DNA of 29,396 bases. Origin: Utricularia gibba. Its lineage: Eukaryota > Plantae > Magnoliophyta. The stretch's first letter is position 1; each line of letters starts with the position of its first letter. Where the stretch lies: NCBI GenBank assembly GCA_002189035.1, contig NEEC01000490.1, positions 1-29,396 on the forward strand, written 5' to 3'. The translations under genes and the position numbers were made by a program. The notes beneath the pieces are model-generated. The model did no database searches. It worked only from the letters and a program-made list of their open reading frames with translations, and had not been told where the DNA came from. Shown here piece by piece: positions 14,201-25,600 of this stretch.

Positions 14201-15977
14201 TCCCAACACTGTTGTATACTCAGGATATGCGTAAATATTTATTTTTAACAAATCCGGTGCACGTGTGATTTTTCGGCTGCATCCCGAATGTGATGCGCAA
14301 TGAAATGACTATGTCGCACATCCTGGTCCACGAAGCACCTCTTCGAAAACATGTAGAGCCTTACTCTTCATAGCACACCATTGGGAAGCTTTATTCGTGC
14401 TCCAAGTAATATCATATGGAGTTACGTTTTCCGATAACTGTGGACATATTAAAAACAACCTCAACGAAAAGTGTCTTCCGTGTCCTTCCTTGGTGGCTGC
14501 GTCTAAGAATGTGCTTCTCGTTCTCGACATTGATGCAAATGGATACACGGCAAAAGAATCAAATAGCCACTAGAGACATGGTGTATGGAATGTGCATCAA
14601 GAATCAGAAGTATCATAGCAACTAATTGAATCAATCAACAGCCAAAACATATGGTGTCAAACTTCATCGGATATGCGATCAAGATGGAAAAAAGTCACAT
14701 GTTACATCATGAATTTCGTGGCATCACTTATCCCAACACTGTTGTATACTCAGGATATGCGTAAATATTTATTTTTAACAAATCCGGTGCACGTGTGATT
14801 TTTCGGCTGCATCCCGAATGGTGATGCGCAATGAAATGACTATGTCGCACATCCTGGTCCACGAAGCACCTCTTCGAAAACATGTAGAGCCTTACTCTTC
14901 ATAGCACACCATTTGGAAGCTTTATTCGTGCTTCAAGTAATATCATATGGAGTTACGTTTTTCCGGGACATATTAAAAACAACCTCAACGAAAAGTGTCT
15001 TCCGTGTCCTTCCTTGGTGGCTGCGTTAAGAATGTGCTTCTCGTTCTCGACATTGATGCAAATGGATACGGCAAAAGAATCAAATAGCCACTAGAGACAT
15101 GGTGTAGGAATGGTGCATCAAGAATCAGAAGTATCATAGCAACTAATTGAATCAATCAACAGCCAAAACATATGGTGTCAAACTTCATCGGATATGCGAT
15201 CAAGATGAAAAAAGTCACATGTTACATCATGAATTTCGTGGCATCACTTATCCCAACACTGTTGTATACTCAGGATATGCGTAAATATTTATTTTTAACA
15301 AATCCGGTGCACGTGTGATTTTTCGGCTGCATCCCGAATGGTGATGCGCAATGAAATGACTATGTCGCACATCCTGGTCCACGAAGCACCTCTTCGAAAA
15401 CATGTAGAGCCTTACTCTTCATAGCACACCATTGGGAAGCTTTATTCGTGCTCCAAGTAATATCATATGGAGTTACGTTTTTCCGATAACTGTGGACATA
15501 TTAAAAACAACCTCAACGAAAAGTGTCTTCCGTGTCCTTCCTTGGTGGCTGCGTCTAAGAATGTGCTTCTCGTTCTCGACATTGATGCAAATGGGATACA
15601 CGGCAAAAGAATCAAATAGCCACTAGAGACATGGTGTATGGAATGGTGCATCAAGAATCAGAAGTATCATAGCAACTAATTGAATCAATCAACAGCCAAA
15701 ACATATGGTGTCAAACTTCATCGGATATGCGATCAAGATGGAAAAAAGTCACATGTTACATCATGAATTTGGCATCACTTATCCCAACACTGTTGTATAC
15801 TCAGGATATGCGTAAATATTTATTTTTAACAAATCCGGTGCACGTGTGATTTTTCGGCTGCATCCCGAATGGTGATGCGCAATGAAATGACTATGTCGCA
15901 CATCCTGGTCCACGAAGCACCTCTTCGAAAACATGTAGAGCCTTACTCTTCATAGCACACCATTGGGAAGCTTTATT

Positions 15978-16008
15978 CGTGCTCCAAGTAATATCATATG
16001 GAGTTACG
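15978..16008 (-). other. Short stem-loop with loop nonamer TGATATTAC (candidate rolling-circle origin-like hairpin); present in most monomers, one clean copy shown
   Basis: The plus strand reads CGTG-CTCCA-[AGTAATATCATA]-TGGAG-TT-ACG. This is a perfect 5-bp CTCCA/TGGAG stem, extendable by CGT/ACG across a mismatch and bulge, with a 12-nt loop. The minus-strand loop is TATGATATTACT, with the nonamer at 15996..15988. The hairpin is seen directly; origin function is inference only. Confidence 0.35.
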
Positions 16009-16053
16009 TTTTTCCGATAACTGTGGACATATTAAAAACAACCTCAACGAAAA

Positions 16054-16072
16054 GTGTCTTCCGTGTCCTTCC
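16054..16072 (+). repeat. Internal short direct tandem GTGTCTTCC / GTGTCCTTCC within each monomer
   Basis: Read directly from the sequence. It is also the most frequent multi-base deletion site in early copies (e.g. ~470-480, 1511-1525, 5717-5730, 6236-6250, 7263-7276). Confidence 0.85.
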
Positions 16073-16108
16073 TTGGTGGCTGCGTCTAAGAATGTGCTTC
16101 TCGTTCTC

Positions 16109-16641
16109 GACATTGATGCAAATGGATACACGGCAAAAGAATCAAATAGCCACTAGAGACATGGTGTATGGGAATGGTGCATCAAGAATCAGAAGTATCA
16201 TAGCAACTAATTGAATCAATCAACAGCCAAAACATATGGTGTCAAACTTCATCGGATATGCGATCAAGATGGAAAAAAGTCACATGTTACATCATGAATT
16301 TCGTGGCATCACTTATCCCAACACTGTTGTATACTCAGGATATGCGTAAATATTTATTTTTAACAAATCCGGTGCACGTGTGATTTTTCGGCTGCATCCC
16401 GAATGGTGATGCGCAATGAAATGACTATGTCGCACATCCTGGTCCACGAAGCACCTCTTCGAAACATGTAGAGCCTTACTCTTCATAGCACACCATTGGG
16501 AAGCTTTATTCGTGCTCCAAGTAATATCATATGGAGTTACGTTTTTCCGATAACTGTGGACATATTAAAAACAACCTCAACGAAAAGTGTCTTCCGTGTC
16601 CTTCCTTGGTGGCTGCGTCTAAGAATGTGCTTCTCGTTCTC
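16109..16641 (+). repeat. Representative near-consensus monomer (533 nt; consensus 533-535 nt depending on homopolymer lengths)
   Basis: Hand-built 535-nt consensus using the longer common homopolymer alleles: GACATTGATG CAAATGGGAT ACACGGCAAA AGAATCAAAT AGCCACTAGA GACATGGTGT ATGGGAATGG TGCATCAAGA ATCAGAAGTA TCATAGCAAC TAATTGAATC AATCAACAGC CAAAACATAT GGTGTCAAAC TTCATCGGAT ATGCGATCAA GATGGAAAAA AGTCACATGT TACATCATGA ATTTCGTGGC ATCACTTATC CCAACACTGT TGTATACTCA GGATATGCGT AAATATTTAT TTTTAACAAA TCCGGTGCAC GTGTGATTTT TCGGCTGCAT CCCGAATGGT GATGCGCAAT GAAATGACTA TGTCGCACAT CCTGGTCCAC GAAGCACCTC TTCGAAAACA TGTAGAGCCT TACTCTTCAT AGCACACCAT TGGGAAGCTT TATTCGTGCT CCAAGTAATA TCATATGGAG TTACGTTTTT CCGATAACTG TGGACATATT AAAAACAACC TCAACGAAAA GTGTCTTCCG TGTCCTTCCT TGGTGGCTGC GTCTAAGAAT GTGCTTCTCG TTCTC. 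This copy differs only by two single-base homopolymer shortenings. Uncertain sites are ATGG(G)AT, ATGG(G)AAT, CGAAA(A)CA, TTGG(G)AAG and CGTTTT(T)CC. Confidence 0.93.
16347..16368. other. AT-rich tract TAAATATTTATTTTTAACAAAT in each monomer
   Basis: 21 of 22 nt are A/T in a monomer that is otherwise ~41% GC. No function assigned. Confidence 0.6.
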
Positions 16642-19600
16642 GACATTGATGCAAATGGATACACGGCAAAAGAATCAAATAGCCACTAGAGACATGGTGT
16701 ATGGGAATGGTGCATCAAGAATCAGAATCATAGCAACTAATTGAATCAATCAACAGCCAAAACATATGGTGTCAAACTTCATCGGATATGCGATCAAGAT
16801 GGAAAAAAGTCACATGTTACATCATGAATTTCGTGGCATCACTTATCCCAACACTGTTGTATACTCAGGATATGCGTAAATATTTATTTTTAACAAATCC
16901 GGTGCACGTGTGATTTTTCGGCTGCATCCCGAATGGTGATGCGCAATGAAATGACTATGTCGCACATCCTGGTCCACGAAGCACCTCTTCGAAAACATGT
17001 AGAGCCTTACTCTTCATAGCACACCATTGGAAGCTTTATTCGTGCTCCAAGTAATATCATATGGAGTTACGTTTTTCCGATAACTGTGGACATATTAAAA
17101 ACAACCTCAACGAAAAGTGTCTTCCGTGTCCTTCCTTGTGCTGCGTCTAAGAATGTGCTTCTCGTTCTCGACATTGATGCAAATGGATACACGGCAAAAG
17201 AATCAAATAGCCACTAGAGACATGGTGTAGGGAATGGTGCATCAAGAATCAGAAGTATCATAGCAACTAATTGAATCAATCAACAGCCAAAACATATGGT
17301 GTCAAACTTCATCGGATATGCGATCAAGATGGAAAAAAGTCACATGTTACATCATGAATTTCGTGGCATCACTTATCCCAACACTGTTGTATACTCAGGA
17401 TATGCGTAAATATTTATTTTTAACAAATCCGGTGCACGTGTGATTTTTCGGCTGCATCCCGAATGTGATGCGCAATGAAATGACTATGTCGCACATCCTG
17501 GTCCACGAAGCACCTCTTCGAAAAACATGTAGAGCCTTACTCTTCATAGCACACCATTGGGAAGCTTTATTCGTGCTCCAAGTAATATCATATGGAGTTA
17601 CGTTTTTCCGATAACTGGACATATTAAAAACAACCTCAACGAAAAGTGTCTTCCGTGTCCTTCCTTGGTGGCTGCGTCTAAGAATGTGCTTCTCGTTCTC
17701 GACATTGATGCAAATGGATACACGGCAAAAGAATCAAATAGCCACTAGAGACATGGTGTATGGAATGGTGCATCAAGAATCAGAAGTATCATAGCAACTA
17801 ATTGAATCAATCAACAGCCAAAACATATGGTGTCAAACTTCATCGGATATGCGATCAAGATGGAAAAAAGTCACATGTTACATCATGAATTTCGTGGCAT
17901 CACTTATCCCAACACTGTTGTATACTCAGGATATGCGTAAATATTTATTTTTAACAAATCCGGTGCACGTGTGATTTTTCGGCTGCATCCCGAATGGTGA
18001 TGCGCAATGAAATGACTATGTCGCACATCCTGGTCCACGAAGCACCTCTTCGAAAACATGTAGAGCCTTACTCTTCATAGCACACCATTGGGAAGCTTTA
18101 TTCGTGCTCCAAGTAATATCATATGGAGTTACGTTTTTCCGATAACTGTGGACATATTAAAAACAACCTCAACGAAAAGTGTCTTCCGTGTCCTTCCTTG
18201 GTGGCTGCGTCTAAGAATGTGCTTCTCGTTCTCGACATTGATGCAAATGGGATACACGGCAAAAGAATCAAATAGCCACTAGAGACATGGTGTATGGAAT
18301 GGTGCATCAAGAATCAGAAGTATCATAGCAACTAATTGAATCAATCAACAGCCAAAACATATGGTGTCAAACTTCATCGGATATGCGATCAAGATGGAAA
18401 AAAGTCACATGTTACATCATGAATTTCGTGGCATCACTTATCCCAACACTGTTGTATACTCAGGATATGCGTAAATATTTATTTTTAACAAATCCGGTGC
18501 ACGTGTGATTTTTCGGCTGCATCCCGAATGGTGATGCGCAATGAAATGACTATGTCGCACATCCTGGTCCACGAAGCACCTCTTCGAAAACATGTAGAGC
18601 CTTACTCTTCATAGCACACCATTGGGAAGCTTTATTCGTGCTCCAAGTAATATCATATGGAGTTACGTTTTCCGATAACTGTGGACATATTAAAAACAAC
18701 CTCAACGAAAAGTGTCTTCCGTGTCCTTCCTTGGTGGCTGCGTCTAAGAATGTGCTTCTCGTTCTCGACATTGATGCAAATGGATACACGGCAAAAGAAT
18801 CAAATAGCCACTAGAGACATGGTGTATGGAATGGTGCATCAAGAATCAGAAGTATCATAGCAACTAATTGAATCAATCAACAGCCAAAACATATGGTGTC
18901 AAACTTCATCGGATATGCGATCAAGATGGAAAAAAGTCACATGTTACATCATGAATTTCGTGCATCACTTATCCCAACACTGTTGTATACTCAGGATATG
19001 CGTAAATATTTATTTTTAACAAATCCGGTGCACGTGTGATTTTTCGGCTGCATCCCGAATGTGATGCGCAATGAAATGACTATGTCGCACATCCTGGTCC
19101 ACGAAGCACCTCTTCGAAAATGTAGAGCCTTACTCTTCATAGCACACCATTGGGAAGCTTTATTCGTGCTCCAAGTAATATCATATGGAGTTACGTTTTT
19201 CCGATAACTGTGGACATATTAAAAACAACCTCAACGAAAAGTGTCTTCCGTGTCCTTCCTTGGTGGCTGCGTCTAAGAATGTGCTTCTCGTTCTCGACAT
19301 TGATGCAAATGGATACACGGCAAAAGAATCAAATAGCCACTAGAGACATGGTGTATGGAATGGTGCATCAAGAATCAGAAGTATCATAGCAACTAATTGA
19401 ATCAATCAACAGCCAAAACATATGGTGTCAAACTTCATCGGATATGCGATCAAGATGGAAAAAAGTCACATGTTACATCATGAATTTCGTGGCATCACTT
19501 ATCCCAACACTGTTGTATACTCAGGATATGCGTAAATATTTATTTTTAACAAATCCGGTGCACGTGTGATTTTTCGGCTGCATCCCGAATGGTGATGCGC

Positions 19601-22600
19601 AATGAAATGACTATGTCGCACATCCTGGTCCACGAAGCACCTCTTCGAAAACATGTAGAGCCTTACTCTTCATAGCACACCATTGGGAAGCTTTATTCGT
19701 GCTCCAAGTAATATCATATGGAGTTACGTTTTTTCCGATAACTGTGGACATATTAAAAACAACCTCAACGAAAAGTGTCTTCCGTGTCCTTCCTTGGTGG
19801 CTGCGTCTAAGAATGTGCTTCTCGTTCTCGACATTGATGCAAATGGATACACGGCAAAAGAATCAAATAGCCACTAGAGACATGGTGTATGGGAATGGTG
19901 CATCAAGAATCAGAAGTATCATAGCAACTAATTGAATCAATCAACAGCCAAAACATATGGTGTCAAACTTCATCGGATATGCGATCAAGATGGAAAAAAG
20001 TCACATGTTACATCATGAATTTCGTGGCATCACTTATCCCAACACTGTTGTATACTCAGGATATGCGTAAATATTTATTTTTAACAAATCCCGTGCACGT
20101 GTGATTTTTCGGCTGCATCCCGAATGGTGATGCGCAATGAAATGACTATGTCGCACATCCTGGTCCACGAAGCACCTCTTCGAAAACATGTAGAGCCTTA
20201 CTCTTCATAGCACACCATTGGGAAGCTTTATTCGTGCTCCAAGTAATATCATATGGAGTTACGTTTTTCCGATAACTGTGGACATATTAAAAACAACCTC
20301 AACGAAAAGTGTCTTCCGTGTCCTTCCTTGGTGGCTGCGTCTAAGAATGTGCTTCTCGTTCTCGACATTGATGCAAATGGGATACACGGCAAAAGAATCA
20401 AATAGCCACTAGAGACATGGTGTATGGAATGGTGCATCAAGAATCAGAAGTATCATAGCAACTAATTGAATCAATCAACAGCCAAAACATATGGTGTCAA
20501 ACTTCATCGATATGCGATCAAGATGGAAAAAAGTCACATGTTACATCATGAATTTCGTGGCATCACTTATCCCAACACTGTTGTATACTCAGGATATGCG
20601 TAAATATTTATTTTTAACAAATCCGGTGCACGTGTGATTTTTCGGCTGCATCCCGAATGGTGATGCGCAATGAAATGACTATGTCGCACATCCTGGTCCA
20701 CGAAGCACCTCTTCGAAAACATGTAGAGCCTTACTCTTCATAGCACACCATTGGGAAGCTTTATTCGTGCTCCAAGTAATATCATATGGAGTTACGTTTT
20801 TCCGATAACTGTGGACATATTAAAAACAACCTCAACGAAAAGTGTCTTCCGTGTCCTTCCTTGGTGGCTGCGTCTAAGAATGTGCTTCTCGTTCTCGACA
20901 TTGATGCAAATGGATACACGGCAAAAGAATCAAATAGCCACTAGAGACATGGTGTATGGAATGGTGCATCAAGAATCAGAAGTATCATAGCAACTAATTG
21001 AATCAATCAACAGCCAAAACATATGGTGTCAAACTTCATCGGATATGCGATCAAGATGGAAAAAAGTCACATGTTACATCATGAATTTCGTGGCATCACT
21101 TATCCCAACACTGTTGTATACTCAGGATATGCGTAAATATTTTTTTTTAACAAATCCGGTGCACGTGTGATTTTTCGGCTGCATCCCGAATGGTGATGCG
21201 CAATGAAATGACTATGTCGCACATCCTGGTCCACGAAGCACCTCTTCGAAAACATGTAGAGCCTTACTCTTCATAGCACACCATTGGAAGCTTTATTCGT
21301 GCTCCAAGTAATATCATATGGAGTTACGTTTTTCCGATAACTGTGGACATATTAAAAACAACCTCAACGAAAAGTGTCTTCCGTGTCCTTCCTTGGTGGC
21401 TGCGTCTAAATAATGTGCTTCTCGTTCTCGACATTGATGCAAATGGATACACGGCAAAAGAATCAAATAGCCACTAGAGACATGTGTATGGGAATGGTGC
21501 ATCAAGAATCAGAAGTATCATAGCAACTAATTGAATCAATCAACAGCCAAAACATATGGTGTCAAACTTCATCGGATATGCGATCAAGATGGAAAAAAGT
21601 CACATGTTACATCATGAATTTCGTGGCATCACTTATCCCAACACTGTTGTATACTCAGGATATGCGTAAATATTTATTTTTAACAAATCCGGTGCACGTG
21701 TGATTTTTCGGCTGCATCCCGAATGGTGATGCGCAATGAAATGACTATGTCGCACATCCTGGTCCACGAAGCACCTCTTCGAAATATGTAGAGCCTTACT
21801 CTTCATAGCACACCATTGGGAAGCTTTATTCGTGCTCCAAGTAATATCATATGGAGTTTTTTGATAACTGTGGACATATTAAAAACAACCTCAACGAAAA
21901 GTGTCTTCCGTGTCCTTCCTTGGTGGCTGCGTCTAAGAATGTGCTTCTCGTTCTCGACATTGATGCAAATGGATACACGGCAAAAGAATCAAATAGCCAC
22001 TAGAGACATGGTGTAGGGAATGGTGCATCAAGAATCAGAAGTATCATAGCAACTAATTGAATCAATCAACAGCCAAAACATATGGTGTCAAACTTCATCG
22101 GATATGCGATCAAGATGGAAAAAAGTCACATGTTACATCATGAATTTCGTGGCATCACTTATCCCAACACTGTTGTATACTCAGGATATGCGTAAATATT
22201 TATTTTTAACAAATCCGGTGCACGTGTGATTTTTCGGCTGCATCCCGAATGGTGATGCGCAATGAAATGACTATGTCGCACATCCTGGTCCACGAAGCAC
22301 CTCTTCGAAAACATGTAGAGCCTTACTCTTCATAGCACACCATTGGAAGCTTTATTCGTGCTCCAAGTAATATCATATGGAGTTACGTTTTTCCGATAAC
22401 TGTGGACATATTAAAAACAACCTCAACGAAAAGTGTCTTCCGTGTCCTTCCTTGGTGGCTGCGTCTAAGAATGTGCTTCTCGTTCTCGACATTGATGCAA
22501 ATGGATACACGGCAAAAGAATCAAATAGCCACTAGAGACATGGTGTAGGGAATGGTGCATCAAGAATCAGAAGTATCATAGCAACTAATTGAATCAATCA

Positions 22601-25600
22601 ACAGCCAAAACATATGGTGTCAAACTTCATCGGATATGCGATCAAGATGGAAAAAAGTCACATGTTACATCATGAATTTCGTGCATCACTTATCCCAACA
22701 CTGTTGTATACTCAGGATATGCGTAAATATTTATTTTTAACAAATCCGGTGCACGTGTGATTTTTCGGCTGCATCCCGAATGGTGATGCGCAATGAAATG
22801 ACTATGTCGCACATCCTGGTCCACGAAGCACCTCTTCGAAAATATGTAGAGCCTTACTCTTCATAGCACACCATTGGGAAGCTTTATTCGTGCTCCAAGT
22901 AATATCATATGGAGTTACGTTTTTCCGATAACTGTGGACATATTAAAAACAACCTCAACGAAAAGTGTCTTCCGTGTCCTTCCTTGGTGGCTGCGTCTAA
23001 GAATGTGCTTCTCGTTCTCGACATTGATGCAAATGGATACACGGCAAAAGAATCAAATAGCCACTAGAGACATGGTGTATGGAATGGTGCATCAAGAATC
23101 AGAAGTATCATAGCAACTAATTGAATCAATCAACAGCCAAAACATATGGTGTCAAACTTCATCGGATATGCGATCAAGATGGAAAAAAGTCACATGTTAC
23201 ATCATGAATTTCGTGGCATCACTTATCCCAACACTGTTGTATACTCAGGATATGCGTAAATATTTATTTTTAACAAATCCGGTGCACGTGTGATTTTTCG
23301 GCTGCATCCCGAATGGTGATGCGCAATGAAATGACTATGTCGCACATCCTGGTCCACGAAGCACCTCTTCGAAAACATGTAGAGCCTTACTCTTCATAGC
23401 ACACCATTGGGAAGCTTTATTCGTGCTTCAAGTAATATCATATGGAGTTACGTTTTTCCGATAACTGTGGACATATTAAAAACAACCTCAACGAAAAGTG
23501 TCTTCCGTGTCCTTCCTTGGTGGCTGCGTCTAAGAATGTGCTTCTCGTTCTCGACATTGATGCAAATGGATACACGGCAAAAGAATCAAATAGCCACTAG
23601 AGACATGGTGTGGGAATGGTGCATCAAGAATCAGAAGTATCATAGCAACTAATTGAATCAATCAACAGCCAAAACATATGGTGTCAAACTTCATCGGATA
23701 TGCGATCAAGATGGAAAAAAGTCACATGTTACATCATGAATTTCGTGGCATCACTTATCCCAACACTGTTGTATACTCAGGATATGCGTAAATATTTATT
23801 TTTAACAAATCCGGTGCACGTGTGATTTTTCGGCTGCATCCCGAATGGTGATGCGCAATGAAATGACTATGTCGCACATCCTGGTCCACGAAGCACCTCT
23901 TCGAAAAAATAGAGCCTTACTCTTCATAGCACACCATTGGGAAGCTTTATTCGTGCTCAAGTAATATCATATGGAGTTACGTTTTCCGATAACTGTGGAC
24001 ATATTAAAAACAACCTCAACGAAAAGTGTCTTCCGTGTCCTTCCTTGGTGGCTGCGTCTAAGAATGTGCTTCTCGTTCTCGACATTGATGCAAATGGATA
24101 CACGGCAAAAGAATCAAATAGCCACTAGAGACATGGTGTATGGAATGGTGCATCAAGAATCAGAAGTATCATAGCAACTAATTGAATCAATCAACAGCCA
24201 AACATATATGTGTCAAACTTCATCGGATATGCGATCAAGATGGAAAAAAGTCACATGTTACATCATGAATTTCGTGCATCACTTATCCCAACACTGTTGT
24301 ATACTCAGGATATGCGTAAATATTTATTTTTAACAAATCCGGTGCACGTGTGATTTTTCGGCTGCATCCCGAATGGTGATGCGCAATGAAATGACTATGT
24401 CGCACATCCTGGTCCACGAAGCACCTCTTCGAAAAACATGTAGAGCCTTACTCTTCATAGCACACCATTGGGAAGCTTTATTCGTGCTCCAAGTAATATC
24501 ATATGGAGTTACGTTTTTTCCGATAACTGTGGACATATTAAAAACAACCTCAACGAAAAGTGTCTTCCGTGTCCTTCCTTGGTGGCTGCGTCTAAGAATG
24601 TGCTTCTCGTTCTCGACATTGATGCAAATGGATACACGGCAAAAGAATCAAATAGCCACTAGAGACATGGTGTATGGAATGGTGCATCAAGAATCAGAAG
24701 TATCATAGCAACTAATTGAATCAATCAACAGCCAAAACATATATGTGTCAAACTTCATCGGATATGCGATCAAGATGGAAAAAAGTCACATGTTACATCA
24801 TGAATTTCGTGGCATCACTTATCCCAACACTGTTGTATACTCAGGATATGCGTAAATATTTATTTTTAACAAATCCGGTGCACGTGTGATTTTTCGGCTG
24901 CATCCCGAATGGTGATGCGCAATGAAATGACTATGTCGCACATCCTGGTCCACGAAGCACCTCTTCGAAACATGTAGAGCCTTACTCTTCATAGCACACC
25001 ATTGGAAGCTTTATTCGTGCTCCAAGTAATATCATATGGAGTTACGTTTTTCCGATAACTGTGGACATATTAAAAACAACCTCAACGAAAAGTGTCTTCC
25101 GTGTCCTTCCTTGGTGGCTGCGTCTAAGAATGTGCTTCTCGTTCTCGACATTGATGCAAATGGATACACGGCAAAAGAATCAAATAGCCACTAGAGACAT
25201 GTGTGGGAATGGTGCATCAAGAATCAGAAGTATCATAGCAACTAATTGAATCAATCAACAGCCAAAACATATGGTGTCAAACTTCATCGGATATGCGATC
25301 AAGATGGAAAAAAGTCACATGTTACATCATGAATTTCGTGCATCACTTATCCCAACACTGTTGTATACTCAGGATATGCGTAAATATTTATTTTTAACAA
25401 ATCCGGTGCACGTGTGATTTTTCGGCTGCATCCCGAATGTGATGCGCAATGAAATGACTATGTCGCACATCCTGGTCCACGAAGCACCTCTTCGAAAATA
25501 TGTAGAGCCTTACTCTTCATAGCACACCATTGGGAAGCTTTATTCGTGCTCCAAGTAATATCATATGGAGTTACGTTTTTCCGATAACTGTGGACATATT

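Noticed and set aside
16088-16125. Fragments resembling HUH-Rep/SF3 helicase motifs: KNVLLVLDID (Walker B-like), GITYPN (motif I-like), minus-strand VLRGPGCAT (Walker A-like)
   Set aside because: The fragments are short, on different frames or strands, in no coherent order and surrounded by stops, so they are indistinguishable from chance. A tBLASTx/HMM search of the consensus would be needed to revive this.
16201-16214. Endless (stop-free) ORF across the concatemer, as in DRT2/Neo-type rolling-circle reverse-transcription products
   Set aside because: TAGCAACTAATTGA places TAG, TAA and TGA in all three plus frames within 14 nt. The minus strand has stops in all three frames within 16287-16311. 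These segments are essentially invariant among copies, so no homopolymer correction opens a frame.
15963-16214. Recurrent ORF MGSFIRAPSNIIWSYVFP... (62-83 aa) and other listed ORFs (MRSRWKKV..., MMHHSIHH..., the 111-, 117- and 144-aa ones)
   Set aside because: The MGSF ORF has a TTG start with no Shine-Dalgarno or other support, and I recognise no domain in any of them. The C-termini change with single-base homopolymer indels, and the longest ORFs exist only in single copies as error-generated frame fusions.
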